A stretch of DNA of 64,000 bases from Bacilli bacterium. Lineage in GTDB: Bacteria; Bacillota_I; Bacilli_A; RFN20; CAG-826. The translations under genes were made by a program, and so were the position numbers. Every line of letters starts with the position of its first letter. Within the stretch, counting starts at the first letter, position 1. The DNA lies in assembly GCA_034185265.1 (NCBI GenBank), contig JAXFZD010000009.1, positions 3,558 to 67,557 of the forward strand, in the 5' to 3' direction. Below are positions 42,966 to 52,141 of the stretch, one piece after another. The notes under the pieces are model-generated. The model ran no database searches, was not told the origin of the DNA, and worked only from the letters and a program-made list of their open reading frames with translations.

Positions 42966-44231
42966 TTATCCTTTATAAAATTTTATCACTGCTTTAGCTC
43001 CTTTTCCAACCTCACTAGTGATAATTAAATCTCCATGGCACATAGTATGCAATCTATGCTTTATATTATTTATTCCAAAATGTTTATTTTGTTCAAAACC
43101 AACATCATTCATATCAAAACCAACTCCGTCATCTGTGATTTCCACTACGTAAGCATCTGAGGTTTCGTATGTTTTAAAGGTAACTGTTCCGCCTTCTATT
43201 TTCTTTAAAACTCCATGTTTTATCGCATTTTCTACGACAGGTTGAATACTTAGAGGAGGAACATTAAAGTCTCTTATTTTTATGTCGTAAACTATATTAA
43301 CACGATCATTAAATCTCATTTTTTCTAATGAAACGTAGGTTTCAATATGTCTTAACTCATCTTCAAAAGGAATTAACTTTGTCTCGGTTAATGAAGATAA
43401 ATTGTGTCTTAAATATTCTGTGAAATCATCGAGTTCTTGCTGAGCTTTTTCTGGATCAAGAATTATTAAAGAAGAGATGGCAGACAAGGAATTATAGATA
43501 AAATGGGGTTGAATCTGGGACATCATAATTCTTATTTGGGCATCCTTATTTTTCTCTTGTTCTTCAGCTAACTGAATATTTTTAGATACATTAACAAAGA
43601 AGAAAAGTATTTCGATAGCAATAATAATCGATGTATAAGCAATTGCATAGCCTGGTAGACTAATTTGGACAATAATTGCAACTAAAGGAAGTAAACAATA
43701 ACAGACAAAAGCCACTTTTTCTCTAATTACCAATTTCTTATTAAATAAAGTTGTAAATAGAACTATCGTAAGCATGATAAATTGATATCCTTGCGCAATA
43801 AACATTATTTTAACACGTACGTATTCCCCGTTTTCTGCTGTAAAGAACATGCGAGTAAAAATGTTAATAATGCATAAAAGGACAGAAATTGAAAATAAAG
43901 AAACATTTATGAGTGATAATATTTTCTTAGTTTTTAAGGCTTGTTCGAGATAAGTTAACGTATATAAAGCAAATAGCAATACTTCAATATTATTAAATAT
44001 GTAAAAAATCGTATAAAAGCTCATTACATATGCATTGCTTGTATAAACAATTTTGATCAACGTAAAAGTTAAATATGTTGCTAAATGAAACGCAGTAAAA
44101 GAAAGAAATAGTAAAAGTCTGCTCTCGTCTTTTCTTTTATTTTTTTTGAGTAGCAAATTAACGATATGAATGAGGAATATTGCGATTCCTATTGTACAAA
44201 CTGTTATGTTGAATATTACGTTTTCTGGCAT
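42966..44231 (-). CDS. Polytopic sensor histidine kinase, LytS/YehU-type (His_kinase + HATPase_c)
   Basis: 6-7 N-terminal TM helices, QIQPHFIYNSLSAISSLI (PF06580-type H-box), VENAIKHG, DDGVGF, GINNIKHRL. Confidence 0.85.
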   Translation of the reverse strand: MPENVIFNITVCTIGIAIFLIHIVNLLLKKNKRKDESRLLLFLSFTAFHLATYLTFTLIKIVYTSNAYVMSFYTIFYIFNNIEVLLFALYTLTYLEQALKTKKILSLINVSLFSISVLLCIINIFTRMFFTAENGEYVRVKIMFIAQGYQFIMLTIVLFTTLFNKKLVIREKVAFVCYCLLPLVAIIVQISLPGYAIAYTSIIIAIEILFFFVNVSKNIQLAEEQEKNKDAQIRIMMSQIQPHFIYNSLSAISSLIILDPEKAQQELDDFTEYLRHNLSSLTETKLIPFEDELRHIETYVSLEKMRFNDRVNIVYDIKIRDFNVPPLSIQPVVENAIKHGVLKKIEGGTVTFKTYETSDAYVVEITDDGVGFDMNDVGFEQNKHFGINNIKHRLHTMCHGDLIITSEVGKGAKAVIKFYKG

Positions 44232-44255
44232 GTTTTTAACTAATTTAAATTTTAA

Positions 44256-44942
44256 TCAAATAAATTTAACTACAAAATTGCTTACACTGCTATTTTTATC
44301 TACTTCAATTTTACCTTTATTTAATATTTCAACTAGCCAGAGAGGAATAGAATGTTTAACCTTAATTTCTAAAATGGCTTCACCTTCTTCTAATAAAGGA
44401 TTTCCATCAAAAGAAGAATGGAGGTTTAAATCGTTAACTCTATAACGAGGATTCATATCTAGAGTTACTCTTATATCTGAATTTTCTTGATAGAAAGCCA
44501 TTCTATCGTAGATGATAAGGATTTTTGGTTCTAATTCACCGTATTTTTCCCTAAAGCCTTCAAGTTCTCTAGAGATTTGGCTTTGGTCGAAATTTACTCC
44601 ACTATCTAAGAATGAATATGCTTTTTCTTCACTCGTCATAATTCTTCTTTTATACACTATCTTGTCATTCTTTCTTTTAATTTCTAAGAAGACTGGAGAA
44701 TCTATCTTTGCTAAGCCATAGCTTCTTAGTCTAATTTTTTCTTTGAAGAATGGTTTTTCAATAGATTTTCTAATCAAAAAATAGTTAGGAGTATCGAAAT
44801 AAATGGAACTAATGGAAGTAAGACCATATTTATCTAACTTAAGGTAAGAAGATACTTCATTTAAGAAATATTGGACTTGTTCCTTATTTAAACAATACTT
44901 TAATTCGTATCTTTTCATTACGGATATGATTTCTTTTTTCAT
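44256..44942 (-). CDS. VTC-domain (CYTH-like, polyphosphate-polymerase-type) protein
   Basis: MKRYELKYCL..ISSIYFDTPNYFLIR..KIRLRSYG..LEIKRK pattern. Lies 24 nt upstream of the HK gene on the same strand. Confidence 0.65.
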   Translation of the reverse strand: MKKEIISVMKRYELKYCLNKEQVQYFLNEVSSYLKLDKYGLTSISSIYFDTPNYFLIRKSIEKPFFKEKIRLRSYGLAKIDSPVFLEIKRKNDKIVYKRRIMTSEEKAYSFLDSGVNFDQSQISRELEGFREKYGELEPKILIIYDRMAFYQENSDIRVTLDMNPRYRVNDLNLHSSFDGNPLLEEGEAILEIKVKHSIPLWLVEILNKGKIEVDKNSSVSNFVVKFI

Positions 44943-45083
44943 TTAATTTCTCCTCCTTTTCGAGAATATAGTAAAAGATGAACCTTAAATTAAACTTAAA
45001 TGAAATTAGATTTTTTATTTTTTCTTTATATATCTTTATTAAGAAATATAGACATTTAGCGAAAATATTTTAAAATATGCGCT

Positions 45084-45650
45084 ATGTCAGAAAAGGCTCG
45101 TATTAGGTATTTTTCGATAAAGTTCGTTATTTTTACTTTTCTAGGAATAATGATCCTTGTTTTTAGGGAATCACATGTTGGAAATTTAAGATACTTTATT
45201 GGTGGATTAATGCTTATTTACGGAGTAGAAGGAATTTTCTACGAATCCTTAGAGCACCACTTAAATTTCATGATGAAAAATAGGACTTATCTTGGAATAG
45301 TCGAAATAATTTTTGGTGTCACACTACTTGCTTCTAATATCTCATTCGAAAGTGTTTGCATAATATGGGCAACTTGGTCGATTATTAGAGAGTCGTATGA
45401 ACTAAAAGAAATTGTATGTGACTTTAAATGTTATACTCCTAGAATTCTAAGCTTACTCGAATCAATCGCAGCTATTGTCTTCTCAATTATGTTGATATTA
45501 GAGCCGGGTCGTCATCATGCTTTACTTCATATAATATTGTTAAATATTGAATTAATATGCTCTCCTCTTGTTGTTCTATTAGATGAAATAATCATCGCTA
45601 TTAAGAAGAAAAGAAAAAAAGCAATAGAAATCGAAAAAGAAGAAAAATAA
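45084..45650 (+). CDS. Integral membrane protein (about 5-6 TM), function unknown
   Basis: 188-aa hydrophobic ORF with a Lys/Glu-rich tail. Confidence 0.55.
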   Translation: MSEKARIRYFSIKFVIFTFLGIMILVFRESHVGNLRYFIGGLMLIYGVEGIFYESLEHHLNFMMKNRTYLGIVEIIFGVTLLASNISFESVCIIWATWSIIRESYELKEIVCDFKCYTPRILSLLESIAAIVFSIMLILEPGRHHALLHIILLNIELICSPLVVLLDEIIIAIKKKRKKAIEIEKEEK

Positions 45651-45682
45651 AAATCCCTGATTAATAAACAGGGAATTTTTTA
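45650..45682. terminator. Bidirectional rho-independent terminator
   Basis: A-run, TCCCTG-attaataaa-CAGGGA, then TTTTTT, between convergent genes. Confidence 0.75.
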
Positions 45683-45691
45683 TTAATAGTT

Positions 45692-46762
45692 TTACTCGTA
45701 AGAATAATAGGTCATCTCAGTTTTATGGACATTTTCGCCATAAATTGTTTTGAAGTCATCGTGCATTGAGAAGATGTTGTAATTGTTCTCTCTCCATTCT
45801 ATCTCACGATCTCGTGTTTTCTTTCTTGATGGATAATCATCGTCATAATCATCTGCTAAGACCATGAATACTTCAGTTTTATATTTTTCATTGCTCTTAC
45901 AGTAGTTATGCATTGCACAATCTCCATCAGAGTTTCCAAATGAGAGAACTGGGATTTTTCCAATTTCTTTTTCAATTGCTTTGCATTTATTAGTTTTTAG
46001 ATTCTTTATAAGTAAATTATTTGTTCTAACTAAAGTTTCATCACTGCCCATGGTGTAAGTTCTTCCGTCTTCATCACCTTGTTTAGAAGCTTTTAATTCA
46101 ACATCCATTCCAATAATTTGATTAGATGGAATGTTTAAATTCTCCACTAATGTTCTGCAAAGATAACGATCTGAGCCAGAAACAACATAGGTTTTGAAAC
46201 CATTATCTTGTAAATAATCAAATACTTCAAGCATTGGCTTATAGAAACTAGTTGCATATGTCATTCCGGTAAATCCAAAAGGAGTATTTTGTGCGTAAGA
46301 CCTAGTATATTCAGCAAATTGCTTGACTGTCATGCCAGAATAAGCTTCTGCAGCGGCTTCTGCGTGAATAAGATCAAAATCTGAAGGTAAGGATGTTCCT
46401 TTAGTAACCTTGTCGATAATTGCTTTTGCTGCATCAACAACAAATTCAGGAGCTTTATCTTTATAACCTGGATCAACGATAGCTCTATAGACAAGCATGT
46501 TGTATTCAAAATATGTAGGATATAGTTCACCAACGAAAGTTCCATCCATGTCAAAAGTGGCTATTCTATCTGCTTTTGGAATAAAGTTAGAAGATTTTTC
46601 GTTTGTGACATCTTTAACATAATTAACTAAGGTGTTTAAAGCTGAATTATCTCTTTTGTTCCAATTTTGGAAATAATCCTTTTCGGGCTGAGAATTTTTA
46701 TTACAGCCAAATAAAGAAAGTCCAATAGGCAAAATAGATAAAATAAGAACTTTTCTCTTCAT
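45692..46762 (-). CDS. HAD-superfamily hydrolase lipoprotein
   Basis: Lipobox LSLFGCNK; IATFDMDGTF (DxDxT); FGNSDGD. Confidence 0.7.
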   Translation of the reverse strand: MKRKVLILSILPIGLSLFGCNKNSQPEKDYFQNWNKRDNSALNTLVNYVKDVTNEKSSNFIPKADRIATFDMDGTFVGELYPTYFEYNMLVYRAIVDPGYKDKAPEFVVDAAKAIIDKVTKGTSLPSDFDLIHAEAAAEAYSGMTVKQFAEYTRSYAQNTPFGFTGMTYATSFYKPMLEVFDYLQDNGFKTYVVSGSDRYLCRTLVENLNIPSNQIIGMDVELKASKQGDEDGRTYTMGSDETLVRTNNLLIKNLKTNKCKAIEKEIGKIPVLSFGNSDGDCAMHNYCKSNEKYKTEVFMVLADDYDDDYPSRKKTRDREIEWRENNYNIFSMHDDFKTIYGENVHKTEMTYYSYE

Positions 46763-46845
46763 AATTCCCTCCTTATTTTGCAGGTTAAATTTTGAAAAAA
46801 CCCTGCAAATCCCATTTAAAATTTTAAAATTCGATATTTTTGTAT

Positions 46846-46868
46846 CAAAAAAGAGGACTAGTCCTCTG
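46846..46868 (-). terminator. Terminator overlapping the stop codon of the 124-aa membrane protein gene
   Basis: Minus strand: GAGGAC-ta-GTCCTC followed by TTTTTT. The TAG stop lies in the loop. Confidence 0.6.
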
Positions 46869-47232
46869 TTTTTTCTTCGTTAACTTCAACTTCAATTGGT
46901 TCAGCTTCAATTGCAAGTCTTTGAGCTCTTCTTTGAGCTCTTTCAGAGTCTCTATCACCTGCTCTAGCGAAGAATGTTCCAACAAGAGTAGTGACAACAA
47001 CTGCAACCGCAATAAGAATTAATCCCCAATAACGATATCCAAGTTTTGACCAAGGATTTAGCCAAACATCTTCAGATACAAGGATGAAGTTTTGATGTAA
47101 AGGAACTGGCAAATAATTTCCAATGATTCCAAAAATAACAAAAATTAAACCAACTAAGCCTAAAGCTCCACAGACTACATAGAATCCAAGTTCAACTTTT
47201 GAAATTTTTAATTTAGATTTTTTCTTTGCCAT
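46858..47232 (-). CDS. Small membrane protein (2-3 TM), function unknown
   Basis: 124-aa ORF with hydrophobic segments and a charged tail. Confidence 0.55.
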   Translation of the reverse strand: MAKKKSKLKISKVELGFYVVCGALGLVGLIFVIFGIIGNYLPVPLHQNFILVSEDVWLNPWSKLGYRYWGLILIAVAVVVTTLVGTFFARAGDRDSERAQRRAQRLAIEAEPIEVEVNEEKTED

Positions 47233-47247
47233 AGTAATTCCTCTTTA

Positions 47248-48165
47248 TTATGCAGATTTGGAAGTATCTGCAGTTCCGCCAGCGGAAGCAGTTTCGCCTG
47301 CAGCACGCTTTGCATCATCTTCTTTAACTTGAGCTAATAAAGCTTGAATAAGAGGTCCATAACCTGCTCTGAAAGCAGCTTCGGCATCTCTAACATATAA
47401 GTTAATTGTTTCAACAGCTTCCTTCATGACATCTGGGAATTTCTTTCCAGCTGGAAGATCTCTTCTACCTGTCATCATTTCCATTAAGGAATTGATCTTG
47501 TCTTCCATATTTTTGTAGATAGCATCGGTTTGTCCAGCGTTTTGTTCGACAAAACGGATGTTTTGGATAACTGAAGAAATGTCATTTCCAATGAACTTAG
47601 AAGCAGGAGTTTCTTCACCTTTTGCTTCGTTTCTTGCTTGATTATATTCGTTGAATAAACGATTTAAGTCACCGACTAAAGTTAAGAAGGCAACAGCTCT
47701 ATACATAGCATCGGCTGTTTTATAAACTTTTTCAGCTTCAGCAATGTCTAAATTCTTTGTGTGTCCATCTTTAATAACGCCTTTGAGCATGGAGTTGATG
47801 TTTTCATAAACTGGTAAAACATATTTATAAATAGCTAAATGTTGATTGTGGTCAACTCTAACTACTTCTTTAGTTTCACCATTGTCACCAGCTTCAGTTG
47901 CTAAAGAAAGAATTGTGGAAGAATCTCCATAAACTTCAGCATGAAAATCACGGATTAGTTTTTCTAACTTTTCACCATTTTCGCCAGAATGATCGATAAT
48001 ATCTTTTAATGGGGTATGTTGATCAACTTCGACTAAAATAGATCTTTTCTTCTCTTTGTAAAGTGGAACCTCATAATGGTCTTTACGGATACAATATTCA
48101 AGAGTGTCTCTAACTGCAACTCCGTAATGGATTAATGTTGTAATAACTTCACTAATTTGATTCAT
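47248..48165 (-). CDS. Hypothetical cytoplasmic protein (305 aa)
   Basis: ORF overlaps the upstream HAD gene by 14 nt. No motif recognised. Confidence 0.55.
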   Translation of the reverse strand: MNQISEVITTLIHYGVAVRDTLEYCIRKDHYEVPLYKEKKRSILVEVDQHTPLKDIIDHSGENGEKLEKLIRDFHAEVYGDSSTILSLATEAGDNGETKEVVRVDHNQHLAIYKYVLPVYENINSMLKGVIKDGHTKNLDIAEAEKVYKTADAMYRAVAFLTLVGDLNRLFNEYNQARNEAKGEETPASKFIGNDISSVIQNIRFVEQNAGQTDAIYKNMEDKINSLMEMMTGRRDLPAGKKFPDVMKEAVETINLYVRDAEAAFRAGYGPLIQALLAQVKEDDAKRAAGETASAGGTADTSKSA

Positions 48166-49027
48166 TTTTATCTCCCTTTTGTTTTGGTTGGCTATCCGCC
48201 GATGGGTATAGCAAGCCTTCTAAGTCAGATACTTGTTTAATTATATACTTAGCTTTTTTCTTAACAGAACTTTTAGAGTGTTCCATGCAGTAAGAGTTCT
48301 CGTAGAAACGTGTAAACATCGGGACGTCATTCCCCGAATCGCCTACAACTATCAAATTATCTTCCTTAATTCGATTATAATCAAGATAAAAAGATAAAGC
48401 TGAAGCTTTAGAGCATGCGCGAGGAGTAATTTCTATAAACTGTTGACAGTCTACAAAATTGAAATTCGGATAGGCAACTTGAAGAATACTTCTAAGTCTT
48501 CTAGTTCTTCTTTTGGACCAAGAAACCCAAACCATCATACGTTGAGCGTTACGTTTTTCTATTTGAGTGTAGAAAGTTTCATCATCTCTAATCCAAGGTT
48601 CTCTATATACTCCCTGAGTTAATTCGTAGGAGAAATAAAGAAATTTTGGAATTGGTCTAGAGCCGTATTTAAGGAAAATAGTAGGCATTCCCTTTGCATT
48701 AAGCATAATTAGTGGAGAATGGACACGATTATAAAGATCCTTAATCAATATTTTTACTTCCTCAGGAGAAAAAGTAATATCTTGAATTTGTTTTCCTCCA
48801 GAAGTGATATAAGCTCCGTTAGATCCAATCATGTCTAAAGGTAAACCTATTTTTTCTTTGACCTTATCTAAAAAAGAATTTCCTCTAGAAGAAACTAAAA
48901 CCCACTTACCGCCATCGGCGATAAATTTGGTCATAAAACTCTTCGTTTGTTTAGTAATCATCCTAATTTTTTTCTTAGGATAAAATAGAGTTCCGTCTAA
49001 ATCAGTTGCAATTACTTTCCCTTGCAT
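48152..49027 (-). CDS. Cof-type HAD-IIB hydrolase
   Basis: VIATDLDGTLF and VVGDSGNDVPMF. ATG at 49027 preferred over the TTG at 49045. Confidence 0.75.
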   Translation of the reverse strand: MQGKVIATDLDGTLFYPKKKIRMITKQTKSFMTKFIADGGKWVLVSSRGNSFLDKVKEKIGLPLDMIGSNGAYITSGGKQIQDITFSPEEVKILIKDLYNRVHSPLIMLNAKGMPTIFLKYGSRPIPKFLYFSYELTQGVYREPWIRDDETFYTQIEKRNAQRMMVWVSWSKRRTRRLRSILQVAYPNFNFVDCQQFIEITPRACSKASALSFYLDYNRIKEDNLIVVGDSGNDVPMFTRFYENSYCMEHSKSSVKKKAKYIIKQVSDLEGLLYPSADSQPKQKGDKNESN

Positions 49028-49073
49028 ACGCCATATTTTACACAATTTTCATCTATATAAAAGTTTTTTATAA

Positions 49074-49106
49074 AATAAAAAACGCTAGAAGTTAAATCCT
49101 AGCGCT
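49074..49106 (-). terminator. Rho-independent terminator after hpf
   Basis: Minus strand: GCGCTAG-gatttaactt-CTAGCG followed by TTTTTTA. Confidence 0.7.
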
Positions 49107-49124
49107 TAGATAAATAAGAATTTT

Positions 49125-49676
49125 CTATTTGAGTTGGTTCTCTACTTCGATGACTCCGTATCCACCATCTAATCTCTTATAAGCAACACAAACTTGGTTG
49201 TCATCACTATCAAGATAGATGAAGAATGAATGTCCAAGGGCTTCCATTCTTGTAATTGCACTATCTAAATCCATTGGATCAAGATAGATAGATTTTGTTC
49301 TAACTACTTCTTCAAGTTCTTCAGCAGCTTCTTCTTCCTCAATTTCTTCTAGGACAATTGCTTTTCCTAATGAATCGGCTTTATTTGAGCGATCCATTCT
49401 GGTTTTTAATTTTCTCATTTGATCTCTTAATTTATCGATTGCTAAATCAACAGCAGCATAAAGATCATTATTTCTTACTTCTGTTCTAAATGTAAATTCT
49501 TTTGTAAATATTGTAATTTCAACTTTTGCGCCAACTGTATAAGAACGCACAACGACTCTTGCAAGAACATCATCATTGATGACGAAGAATTTGTCCATTC
49601 TAGAAAGTTTCTTTTCAACTTCATGACGAATGGAGTCGGTGACTTCAATATTCTTTCCGATTATTTGATATTTCAT
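49125..49676 (-). CDS. hpf: Ribosome hibernation promoting factor (long form)
   Basis: MKYQIIGKNIEVTDSIRHEVEKKLSRMDKFF.. plus the C-terminal dimerisation domain ..PMDLDSAITRMEALGHSFFIYLD. Confidence 0.9.
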   Translation of the reverse strand: MKYQIIGKNIEVTDSIRHEVEKKLSRMDKFFVINDDVLARVVVRSYTVGAKVEITIFTKEFTFRTEVRNNDLYAAVDLAIDKLRDQMRKLKTRMDRSNKADSLGKAIVLEEIEEEEAAEELEEVVRTKSIYLDPMDLDSAITRMEALGHSFFIYLDSDDNQVCVAYKRLDGGYGVIEVENQLK

Positions 49677-49762
49677 TTTTGCCTCCTTTCAAGGCTTTTT
49701 TGTTATCTTAATTTTAAGATATTTTTGCCAAATCTTAAAGAGGTAAATAAATAATTATTTAA

Positions 49763-50935
49763 TTATTTGAAAAGTATTTTCTTCAATTCTTCTACCTTAT
49801 CTAACTTCTCCCATGGTAGATTTAAATCAGGTCTGCCAAAGCATCCATAAATAGATATATCTTTATATTTAAAAGGTGGTTTACGTAAACTTAAATTTTC
49901 AATGATTGCACCAGGTCTAGCATCGAAAACCTTGTAAATCGCGGATAAAATATCGTTTTTCTTTACTTTTTCTGTTCCAAAAGTCTCTATGGCAATAGAA
50001 ATTGGGTGAGGAATTCCAATCGCGTAAGAAAGCTGCACTTCTAGTTTAGAAGCAGCTCCAGCAGCGACTAAATTTTTGGCAATATATCTTGCATATAAAG
50101 AAGCACTTCTATCAACTTTAGAAGGATCTTTTCCACTAAAAGCTCCTCCGCCATGTCTAGCACTTCCGCCATAAGTATCAACAATGATCTTTCTTCCCGT
50201 TAATCCAGTATCTCCTTCAGGTCCGCCAATTACAAATCTTCCAGTAGGGTTAATCCAATACTTAAAATCGGTGTTAAAGCCAAAAGAAGCGATAACGGGT
50301 ATCATTATTTGAGTGTAAATCATCTTTTTGAAAGCATCAATGTCGACATCTTCATCGTGTTGAACAGACATTAAAACTGTATCAACTTTTATATTGTTTG
50401 GGTCTGTATAATCAATTGTAACTTGAGATTTCATATCAGGTCTTGCACCTTTAAGAAGACCTTGCTTCCTTAAATTTGATGCATATCTTACTAACTTATG
50501 AGCCATTACAATAGGCAATGGCATATAGCCTTCATTTTCTGCTGTAGCATAACCAAACATAATTCCTTGGTCTCCAGCACCCATATCAAGAATGTTTTCT
50601 CTTTCAACGCCTTGTGCAATATCCCTAGATTGTTGATTAACTTTAACTAAAATCTCTGCAGAATCTGCCCCAATACCAAGCTTTTTATCAGTATATCCAA
50701 TTTCTCTAATTACTTTTCTTGCTATTTCTTCATAGTCGATAGAAACTCCTGGCTTTAAGGTAATTTCTCCTCCAATAAGGACAAATTCTTTAGTGGCAAA
50801 TACTTCACAAGCAACGTGAGCTTTGCTATCAAGCTCTAGACATTTATCTAAAATAGCATCAGAAATTTGGTCACAAAGTTTATCTGGATGTCCTTCAGAT
50901 ACAGATTCACTAGTAAATAAAATTTTGTTTTCCAT
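49763..50935 (-). CDS. metK: S-adenosylmethionine synthetase
   Basis: FTSESVSEGHPDKLCDQISDAILD, GAGDQGIMFGYA, GGGAFSGKDPSKVDRS. ATG at 50935 with AGGAGC RBS. Confidence 0.95.
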   Translation of the reverse strand: MENKILFTSESVSEGHPDKLCDQISDAILDKCLELDSKAHVACEVFATKEFVLIGGEITLKPGVSIDYEEIARKVIREIGYTDKKLGIGADSAEILVKVNQQSRDIAQGVERENILDMGAGDQGIMFGYATAENEGYMPLPIVMAHKLVRYASNLRKQGLLKGARPDMKSQVTIDYTDPNNIKVDTVLMSVQHDEDVDIDAFKKMIYTQIMIPVIASFGFNTDFKYWINPTGRFVIGGPEGDTGLTGRKIIVDTYGGSARHGGGAFSGKDPSKVDRSASLYARYIAKNLVAAGAASKLEVQLSYAIGIPHPISIAIETFGTEKVKKNDILSAIYKVFDARPGAIIENLSLRKPPFKYKDISIYGCFGRPDLNLPWEKLDKVEELKKILFK

Positions 50936-50947
50936 GCTCTTGCTCCT

Positions 50948-51103
50948 AAAAAAATAATACCCCCACACAAATTGGAAGTATTAAGAACATCCTCGCACAT
51001 CGATCCTTTTGTGGGAAAAGGCTCTCAACAGCACTTACTATCTATATTTAGATAGAGTTGCTAGCATCCTGGTTAGTCGAGAATAGATGCTTCTTGATGT
51101 GGT
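50948..51103 (-). ncRNA. Candidate SAM-I-clan riboswitch leader of metK
   Basis: RNA sense: P1 CACAUC (51101-51096) pairs with GAUGUG (51001-50996). Junction AUCAAGA. P2 GCAUC..GAUGC followed by UAGCAAC. P3 UCUAUCUA-aaua-UAGAUAG. Junction GUGCU. P4 CCUUUU-cccac-AAAAGG. Then CCCACA..UGUGGG plus a U-run before the SD. The canonical GGAGGGA/GGCCC of P2 is missing. Confidence 0.45.
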
Positions 51104-51176
51104 GAGCGTATTCTACATTAAATAAATGTAAGAAAAAAGTGTTTCCTTTCAAGAAAACACTATTTCATATTTATTT

Positions 51177-51437
51177 CTATAAATAAGGTTCAATTGCTAG
51201 AGACAATTGGTCAGGACAAGAAGTTAATTTTGTTCTACTTCCTCTACAAGCGATTCCGTGAAGTCGTTTATATGCTTCTTCTAAAGTCATTCCGACAAGC
51301 AGTTTGCTAACTCCTGTTGTATTTCCTTGGCATCCATGAAGGAAAGTAACTTCTTTAATTATCTTATTTTCATCGAATATTATATCTATCTGAGTGCAGC
51401 AAACATTCGATGGCTTAAATGTAATGTGTTGATCCAT
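51177..51437 (-). CDS. TSCPD-domain protein (TIGR03905-like)
   Basis: 86 aa. ..VCCTQIDI..FLHGCQGNT..TSCPDQL. The ATG overlaps the pduL stop (TAATG). Confidence 0.75.
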   Translation of the reverse strand: MDQHITFKPSNVCCTQIDIIFDENKIIKEVTFLHGCQGNTTGVSKLLVGMTLEEAYKRLHGIACRGSRTKLTSCPDQLSLAIEPYL

Positions 51438-52117
51438 TATTTATTTTCACAGCAGCAATGTCCTTCTTCACAACCGCATTCTTCGTCTTCACAGCAACAT
51501 TCTTCATTTAAGATGTAACCTTTTGCGTTTCCAGAAATTCCAGCTGCATTAGCTTCATCAGTATCTAAATGCATGGCAAGAGAGAATTTTGGAGAAACCC
51601 TGATAACTACGTCATCAAAAATTAAGCTTCTATCCTCACTAGCAACACCAACTAAAACTACATCACCATCTTTAACTTTATAGTGTTCTGCATCGGCTGG
51701 AGTCATGTGAATATGACGTTTTGCAGCGATTGTTCCTTCTTCTAATTTGAGTTCTCTTCCATTAGCTGGGTTAACAATGCTAATTCCAGCACTTCCTTTG
51801 ATATCTCCAGAAAGTCTTACAGGAGCCTTAACTCCTAAAGTACGAGCATCAGTTAAACTAATTTCAACTTGGTTTTCAGGTCTAAAAGGTCCTAAAACTG
51901 AAACGCCTTTAATAACTCTTGGCTTTCCTGTTTTTTCATTGACTGGTCCGACTAAATCAAACTTTGAATCAGAGGCAAATTGTCCTGGCTGGGAAAGTTC
52001 TTTCTTAACATTTAATTGACCATGTTGTCCTTCTTCTAAGCCCATTAAGAAATCAAATGCTTCTTGAGTTAAATGCATGTGACGGGCGGAAATTTCTACT
52101 AATATTGCTTTATCCAT
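51437..52117 (-). CDS. pduL: Phosphate propanoyl/acetyl-transferase PduL with a Cys/Glu-rich C-terminal tail
   Basis: Duplicated ISARHMHLT / AAKRHIHMT motifs, LSQPGQFA, HLDTDEANAAGI. Tail NEECCCEDEECGCEEGHCCCENK. Confidence 0.85.
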   Translation of the reverse strand: MDKAILVEISARHMHLTQEAFDFLMGLEEGQHGQLNVKKELSQPGQFASDSKFDLVGPVNEKTGKPRVIKGVSVLGPFRPENQVEISLTDARTLGVKAPVRLSGDIKGSAGISIVNPANGRELKLEEGTIAAKRHIHMTPADAEHYKVKDGDVVLVGVASEDRSLIFDDVVIRVSPKFSLAMHLDTDEANAAGISGNAKGYILNEECCCEDEECGCEEGHCCCENK

Positions 52118-52141
52118 ATTTTGTGTCCTCCAAACAATATT

